Origin: Candidatus Oleincola secundus
GTDB lineage: Bacteria > Atribacterota > Phoenicimicrobiia > Phoenicimicrobiales > Stramentimicrobiaceae
Reading direction: 5' to 3'
Assembly: GCA_018400815.1 (NCBI GenBank)
Contig: JAGYLS010000055.1
Location: forward strand, 1-12,013
Length of the DNA stretch: 12,013 nucleotides
The notes beneath the pieces are model-generated. The model was not told where the DNA came from and did no database searches. It saw nothing but the letters and a program-made list of their open reading frames with translations. Position 1 is the stretch's first letter, and every line of letters begins with the position of its first letter. Of this stretch, positions 6,353-12,013 are shown one piece after another. The position numbers and the translations under genes were made by a program.

Positions 6353-8254
6353 GTGTCAAATAAGAATTCTTATAATGGTAAAATATTAAGAGTTGACCTA
6401 ACAAAGGGCGAATTAAAGACAGAAATTTTAGAAGAAAATATATACCGGAAATATCTTGGCGGAAGTTCTCTGGCCAGTTATTTTTTACTGAAAGAATTAA
6501 AGAAAGGAGTTGATCCTTTAGGGCCGGAAAACATGCTTGTCTTTACCTGTAGTGTTATTACAGGAACCACTGTCCCCGGGGCAAGCCGCTTTACCGCAGC
6601 TGCCAAATCACCACTTACCGGCGGGTTTGCTGAAGCAGAAGCAGGAGGTTGGTGGGCTCCTGAGTTTAAATGGGCAGGTTATGATGCAATCATTATTAAA
6701 GGCGTCTCTCCAAAACCGGTTTATTTATGGATTAATAATGATAAAGTAGAACTCCGTGCTGCCAAACATTTAACCGGTAAGGATACAGGAGAAGTTGAAC
6801 ACCTAATTCGCGATGAACTGAAAGATCAAAGGATTAGAATAGCACAGATAGGACCGGCAGGTGAAAAGATGATAAGATATGCCAATATCGGCAATCAATG
6901 CGAACACTTTAATGGCCGTGTGGGACTTGGTGCTGTCATGGGTTCTAAAAAATTACGTGCCATTGCTGTACGGGGTACACAGAAAGCCTATTATTCCAAA
7001 GCAAATTATTATAATCCCAAAAAGATAAAAGAAATCACTAAGGAATTTGCTTCAAAATGGAAAGAAACCTCCCAGGGAATGCATGATTATGGTACTTCCG
7101 GGGGAGTTGAAGGACTCAGTGCAGCAGGCATATTGCCTACCAGAAACTTCCGGGAAGGTCAGTTTGAGGGGGCTTCATCAATTTCCGGAGTTACTATGGC
7201 AGACACTATCCTGGTAAAGGAAGGGCATTGTTATGCCTGTCCTATAAGCTGTAAACGTGTAGTCAAAGTTGAGGGAAAATATGATGTAGATCCTTACTAC
7301 GGTGGACCGGAATACGAGACTGTCGGAGCACTGGGTTCCCTATGTGGTATAGATAACTTAGAAGCTATTGCCAAAGGTAATGAATTATGTTCCAGATACG
7401 GACTTGATACTATCTCTACCGGTACTACTATTGCCTTCGCCATGGAATGCTTTGAAGAAGGAATAATAAATAAAAATGATACTGATGGAATCGAGCTTAA
7501 GTTCGGCAATGCTGATGCCATGCTTGAGATGATAGAAAAGATCAAAAATCTTGAAGGTATTGGCGCTATTCTTGCCAAAGGAGTAGTCTATGCTGCTAAA
7601 GAATTTGGCAACGGAGCAGAAAAATATGCCATGCATGTTAAGGGTGAAGAATGTCCTATGCATGAACCAAGAGGAAAGGTAAATGTTGGGCTTCAATATG
7701 CAATTTCTCCAACAGGAGCAGATCACATGGAGGTTCCTCATGATTTGATGTTTACAGATTATGGCTCAGCCCTTGATTCAGTAAAACCTTTAGGGTTGCT
7801 TGAACCAATAGATCCTTTTGATCTGAGCTCCAAAAAAGTAAGGTTTTTCTCTTATACTCAGAAAATATGGAGTTTATATAACTGTATTTGCCTTTGTATG
7901 TTTACCGGGGTTCCCATTGGACCTTTAAGCCTAAATAATTTGGTATCCCTGGTTAATGCAGTAACCGGTTGGAATACCAGCTTATTTGAGTTACTGAAAG
8001 TAGGAGAGAAGTCAAATACCATGGCCCGCTGCTTTAATCTCCGGGAAGGCTTAACCAACAAAGATGATAAACTTCCTGATAGATTTTTTGAAGCCTTTAC
8101 CAGTGGTCCTTTAAAAGATAAGGCTATTGACAAAGAGGAGTTTGAGAAGGCAATCAAAACTTATTATGCCATGCAAGGCTGGGATGAAAACGGAGTGCCA
8201 ACAAAGGAGAAGTTGGCAGAATTGGATCTGGATTGGATTGAATATAGAGGATAA
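6353..8254 (+). CDS. aor: Aldehyde:ferredoxin oxidoreductase family protein (tungstopterin AOR/WOR)
   Basis: GKILRVDLT start, KSPLTG, GR.GLGAVMGSKKLRAI, [4Fe-4S] motif CYACPISC (7229-7252), GGPEYET, GLDTIS, GADH, distal Cys in LCMF and C-terminal YY...GWDENGVPT.E.L..L.L. GTG start with SD TAAGGAGG at 6338-6345. Confidence 0.95.
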   Translation: MSNKNSYNGKILRVDLTKGELKTEILEENIYRKYLGGSSLASYFLLKELKKGVDPLGPENMLVFTCSVITGTTVPGASRFTAAAKSPLTGGFAEAEAGGWWAPEFKWAGYDAIIIKGVSPKPVYLWINNDKVELRAAKHLTGKDTGEVEHLIRDELKDQRIRIAQIGPAGEKMIRYANIGNQCEHFNGRVGLGAVMGSKKLRAIAVRGTQKAYYSKANYYNPKKIKEITKEFASKWKETSQGMHDYGTSGGVEGLSAAGILPTRNFREGQFEGASSISGVTMADTILVKEGHCYACPISCKRVVKVEGKYDVDPYYGGPEYETVGALGSLCGIDNLEAIAKGNELCSRYGLDTISTGTTIAFAMECFEEGIINKNDTDGIELKFGNADAMLEMIEKIKNLEGIGAILAKGVVYAAKEFGNGAEKYAMHVKGEECPMHEPRGKVNVGLQYAISPTGADHMEVPHDLMFTDYGSALDSVKPLGLLEPIDPFDLSSKKVRFFSYTQKIWSLYNCICLCMFTGVPIGPLSLNNLVSLVNAVTGWNTSLFELLKVGEKSNTMARCFNLREGLTNKDDKLPDRFFEAFTSGPLKDKAIDKEEFEKAIKTYYAMQGWDENGVPTKEKLAELDLDWIEYRG

Positions 8255-10345
8255 ATGAAAAAAACATTATGCTTAATATTAATTTTGATATTTATTCTGC
8301 CGATACATAACTACATCTCGCTTTCAGCTACTATTAATGTACGGGAATATCTTGAAGGTAAATTTCCGGCTATCTTCACTATATATCTTGCTTCTCTGGA
8401 AGAACTTGATGATGATGAAATAGAATTTATCGACTTATTGGAAGAATTACCGGAAGAGGAACAGAGGGTTTACATAAAGGAGGTTTACGAAAAAGGATTT
8501 TCTCTGGAACTTTTAGAAAAATTGAAGAGCTGGCAGAAAAAAGCGGAAAAAATATTTTTAAATGTAGCATACCCTGCACAGGAAGAACAGATGATATGGA
8601 ACAGCCCATTGTATGTCTTTGGGTCAACTAACCCTTCATCGGAAATGAAGGTAACAGTAAATAATGAAGAAGTACAAATATTTGATTATAGGACTGGTAA
8701 TTTCCTTACTCTGGTAGAGGTACCGGAAGGTGAGAGGCTTCCAATTATTGTTACTGCCAGCATTGGAAAAGAGAGGATTTCAATTGAGAAAACAGTTATT
8801 TATCCGCAAGTATGGGAGAAAATACCGGTTAGTACGTTAGCTATTCATCCTACCCGGATGCAACCCCAGCAACATCAAATACTCACCGAAGGTGATGAGT
8901 TAAGAGTGATGTTCCAGGGGAGTCCGGAAGCTGAGGCAACTTTTCAAATTGGTGATAATTCAAACAAAGTGTTTATGGAAGAGCTTAATGATTCAAATTT
9001 ACCTCTGGAAGGTAGAGGAATTTATATGGGGAGTTATACAATTCAAGAACAAGACATTCCCTCCTTAAAAGAAACAATGCCTCAAACCATCACGGTTACT
9101 CTACGAAGAGGAGATAAAGAAATTAGCAGAGAATTACCGGGCAAAGTTAGTTTTGCCTCTGATCTTCCATTAAGAATCATAGAAGTTACCGACAATCGAA
9201 CCAAGATGCATCGAGTTAGAGAAAATTCTTTTGCTTTTCAGGGTTCTACCCTGGGCGGAGACGGTTTACCTACCCAGGTATTGGGTTACTATTTATTGCC
9301 GGGAACAATTTTTGAGGTTACCGGTATTGCCGGAGAATATCTGCGTGTAAATCTGGGTGTAGAAAAATATCTAATTCACAAAGATAATGTTCGGGAAATA
9401 AAAAATATAACAAAAAAGCCTTTTTCCGAACTTTCTAAAATTGGGTTAAATGAGACCAGTGATAAGGTAATATTGCGTTTTAATACCCGGGAACGCATCC
9501 CCTTTCTTATAAAAGACGAATCTCAACAGTTTAGCTTGGTTTTATATGGGGTTAAAAACAGCGATTATGTTGAATATGAAGGAGAAGCTCCTTCTCTACA
9601 AAAAATAAAAATAGAACCTCTTCGGAAAGAAGCCCCCAATGCAGTAGCGATAACTATGGAGCTTTATCAGTCTATAGTAGGTTTTGATTACCAGTGGGAT
9701 AAAACTGAGTTGGTAATTAGTATACGAAAACCTCCTGAGATTTCAATGCATAATCCACTAAAGGGACAAACTATAGTTGTTGATGCGGGACACGGAGGTA
9801 GAGACCCAGGAGCTATAGGTCCTGGGGATATTCATGAAAAATTCGTTGTGCTGGAAATTAGTAAAATTCTAGCTAGTATGCTTGAAGATAGTGGTGCAAA
9901 GGTAATTATGACCCGCAACGAGGATGTATATGTTGACCTTACTGAACGTATTGACAGTGCAGTTAGACATAATGCTGATCTTTTTATAAGTATTCATGCC
10001 AATGGGCACGCTGTTGGTGCAGATGCTGTAAACTATCATGGCCATATGACCATTTATAACTATGGCTATAATCAAAAATTGGCTGAGATTATATTAGACA
10101 AGTTGGTAGAAAAAATTGGTCTTCCCCGAACAAGGGCCTGGAAAAGAAATGACCTGGTAGTGTTAAGATGTCCACAAATTCCCAGTATTCTCGTTGAGAC
10201 TGCCTTTATGATGCACCCGGATGACAATTGGTATCTTCTGCAACCTGATTATCAAAGAGAATTTGCCGCAGCAATAATGGATGGCATTATTGATTATTTT
10301 TTAGCTTGCAATACAATGACAATTCAGTCATATAGAGGTAATTAA
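8255..10345 (+). CDS. Secreted multidomain N-acetylmuramoyl-L-alanine amidase (Amidase_3)
   Basis: Signal peptide (about aa 1-25). C-terminal catalytic domain with VVDAGHGG.DPGA, EK, TR..D....L..R, SIHAN and ILVETAFM, i.e. the Zn ligands H/E/H and the catalytic Glu. SD AGAGGA at 8246-8251. Confidence 0.92.
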   Translation: MKKTLCLILILIFILPIHNYISLSATINVREYLEGKFPAIFTIYLASLEELDDDEIEFIDLLEELPEEEQRVYIKEVYEKGFSLELLEKLKSWQKKAEKIFLNVAYPAQEEQMIWNSPLYVFGSTNPSSEMKVTVNNEEVQIFDYRTGNFLTLVEVPEGERLPIIVTASIGKERISIEKTVIYPQVWEKIPVSTLAIHPTRMQPQQHQILTEGDELRVMFQGSPEAEATFQIGDNSNKVFMEELNDSNLPLEGRGIYMGSYTIQEQDIPSLKETMPQTITVTLRRGDKEISRELPGKVSFASDLPLRIIEVTDNRTKMHRVRENSFAFQGSTLGGDGLPTQVLGYYLLPGTIFEVTGIAGEYLRVNLGVEKYLIHKDNVREIKNITKKPFSELSKIGLNETSDKVILRFNTRERIPFLIKDESQQFSLVLYGVKNSDYVEYEGEAPSLQKIKIEPLRKEAPNAVAITMELYQSIVGFDYQWDKTELVISIRKPPEISMHNPLKGQTIVVDAGHGGRDPGAIGPGDIHEKFVVLEISKILASMLEDSGAKVIMTRNEDVYVDLTERIDSAVRHNADLFISIHANGHAVGADAVNYHGHMTIYNYGYNQKLAEIILDKLVEKIGLPRTRAWKRNDLVVLRCPQIPSILVETAFMMHPDDNWYLLQPDYQREFAAAIMDGIIDYFLACNTMTIQSYRGN

Positions 10346-10517
10346 ATACAAGGGTTTTCTTTTTTTAATTTTTATTTTTAGTTAAAAATATAAAGAACCA
10401 AATATTTATAAAATCTAATTGGATGATAGTTTGAGAAAGTGAATAAGGCTTTCATTGATACTAAAAGAAGGGACATAATAAGGTAGTAGAGGTGCTGACT
10501 TTACAGGAAATAGATTT

Positions 10518-11189
10518 ATGCAAATAAAGAAGATTATTCGCTCTAAAAGAAGAACTATCAGTTTGCAAGTATGTGATGATGCTACTTTGATTGTTAAAGC
10601 TCCTTTAAGGGTTAAAAACAATATTATTCACCAGGTTATTTTAAAGCATCACAAATGGCTGGAGAGAAAGAAAGAAGAAATTCTCTCCAGAAACATAAAG
10701 TTTATTGAAAAGCAATTTGTCAATGGAGAGAAATATTTTTATCTGGGAAAGCTTTATCCGTTAAAGGTAGTTCAGAATAATGAAATGGAATGTCCTTTAA
10801 TATTGAGTAATGGTTATTTTTATCTACAAAAAGATATATCCGATGGTAAAAGTGCCTTTATTATTTGGTATAAACAAGTAGCTAGAGAAAAGATATTACA
10901 AAGAGCAGATTGGTACTCTGGAAAAACAGGACTTCTATATAATAGAGTGAAAATCTCTAATGCCCAAAAACAATGGGGATCATGTACTAATATAGGTAAT
11001 ATAAGCTTTTCCTGGCGATTAATAATGGCACCGCTATCTGTAGTTGATTATGTGGTAATCCATGAATTAGTACATCTGATTGAAAAAAACCATTCCAAAT
11101 CATTTTGGGATAAAGTCCAATTTTTTATGCCAGATTATAAGGTGCAGAAAAATTGGCTTAAGAAAAATGGATATTTACTGAATTTGTAA
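10518..11189 (+). CDS. YgjP/DUF45 family (M48/SprT-like) zinc-dependent hydrolase
   Basis: RSKRRTISL, V.AP, GE...YLG..Y.L, WGSC, F.WRL.MAP...DYVVIHELVH(HExxH)L.EKNHS..FW. SD AGGA at 10505-10508. Confidence 0.9.
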   Translation: MQIKKIIRSKRRTISLQVCDDATLIVKAPLRVKNNIIHQVILKHHKWLERKKEEILSRNIKFIEKQFVNGEKYFYLGKLYPLKVVQNNEMECPLILSNGYFYLQKDISDGKSAFIIWYKQVAREKILQRADWYSGKTGLLYNRVKISNAQKQWGSCTNIGNISFSWRLIMAPLSVVDYVVIHELVHLIEKNHSKSFWDKVQFFMPDYKVQKNWLKKNGYLLNL

Positions 11190-11222
11190 TAAATACATTA
11201 AAAAGAGAAAAATATTTAGATA

Positions 11223-11251
11223 TTGTAAAATATTAAGATATATAATATACT
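11223..11251 (+). promoter_or_regulatory. Sigma70-type promoter for the methyltransferase gene
   Basis: TTGTAA (11223-11228), 17 nt, TATACT (11246-11251). Confidence 0.5.
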
Positions 11252-11306
11252 ACACGCAATGTGCCATAGAAAGGATTAAGGAAGAACAGATGGAAAGAGT
11301 AAATAA

Positions 11307-11903
11307 GTGAATCTACTACTATTTAAAATTATTGCATTATTGATTTTATTTATGTTTGCCTTTTTTATTTCTGATTTCAGGAGTAAAAAAGGAATGGTCC
11401 TCCTTGTAAGCAAGAAACTAATATTTGCCATAAAAGTTTTTTATTTTGTTCCGATGTTTATTTATATGTATGTCATTATTAATCTGGAAAATATTTTTAT
11501 TCATACATATATTGGGATTATTTTGAATTTTATTGGTTTGTTTCTAGTTACAAAAGCTAAAATTGATCTTGGAAAATACCATACCTGGACAGGACATATA
11601 CTTTCTTCAACGAGAATCATTACCAATGGAATTTATGCTTTTATCAGACATCCCCTTTATACGGGAATTTATGCTTTTATTGCCGGAGCGATAACAATTA
11701 GCATAAAAAATCATCCATTTTCTTTTTATTCAATAGTGATTATTATGGCTTTTATTTTTTCTATCATGATCTTTTTGGCAATAACCGCCTTGAGAGAAAG
11801 CGATTTTTTGCATGAAAAATTTGGTGAAGATTTTATAGACTATAAAAAACAAGTTCATGCTTTCCTTCCCATCAGAAGATACAGTTTTGATGAAGAATCC
11901 TGA
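11307..11903 (+). CDS. Isoprenylcysteine carboxyl methyltransferase / PEMT family membrane methyltransferase
   Basis: About five hydrophobic segments with LG..........I.T.GIY..IRHPLY.G and E..L...FGE.F..YK..V..FLP motifs. GTG start. Confidence 0.85.
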   Translation: MNLLLFKIIALLILFMFAFFISDFRSKKGMVLLVSKKLIFAIKVFYFVPMFIYMYVIINLENIFIHTYIGIILNFIGLFLVTKAKIDLGKYHTWTGHILSSTRIITNGIYAFIRHPLYTGIYAFIAGAITISIKNHPFSFYSIVIIMAFIFSIMIFLAITALRESDFLHEKFGEDFIDYKKQVHAFLPIRRYSFDEES

Positions 11904-11945
11904 TAATAAAAAAAATCTAATTTTATAGATGATTTGTTCGTTGTA

Positions 11946-12011
11946 CTATTTACACACACCCTTGCCATGCTTATCTTTAAATAATTTCTTGATTTTGCCT
12001 TTATATCCTGA
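11946..12011 (-). CDS. Possible 3' end of a convergent gene running in from outside the window
   Basis: Minus-strand frame is open to the window edge (SGYKGKIKKLFKDKHGKGVCK*). It is too short to assign and may be chance. Confidence 0.2.
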   Translation of the reverse strand, partial: SGYKGKIKKLFKDKHGKGVCK

Positions 12012-12013
12012 CT

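Noticed and set aside
192..10621. Short antisense or alternate-frame ORFs (192-392, 1748-1975, 2729-2953, 2772-3005, 4235-4501, 4596-4819, 5131-5442, 5625-5903, 6537-6749, 7297-7741, 7858-8157, 8427-8627, 9869-10075, 10415-10621)
   Set aside because: They overlap well-supported genes, show no recognisable motifs and look like shadow ORFs.

Overview
Low-GC bacterial chromosomal window (roughly one-third G+C by eye, not computed). All supported genes are on the + strand. In order: the 3' end of an AIR-synthase/HypE-like gene; a decayed chimeric pseudogene in which an FbpB/ThiP-like ABC importer permease fragment is fused in frame to the C-terminal half of an ABC exporter NBD; a Gfo/Idh/MocA oxidoreductase; a three-gene CUT2 sugar ABC importer (ChvE/XylF-like binding protein, half-size ATPase, GguB/XylH-like permease); a tungsten-type aldehyde:ferredoxin oxidoreductase abutting a large secreted N-acetylmuramoyl-L-alanine amidase; a YgjP/DUF45 HExxH protein; and an ICMT/PEMT-family membrane methyltransferase. 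I found no CRISPR array, RNA gene, transposase or defence system, and I cannot claim a clearly new system. The best leads are the possible sugar-uptake/dehydrogenase/AOR module with its repeat-containing AOR promoter, the unrecognised acidic helical N-terminal domain of the amidase, and the deletion-scar chimera. Family calls rest on motif recognition, not database searches.
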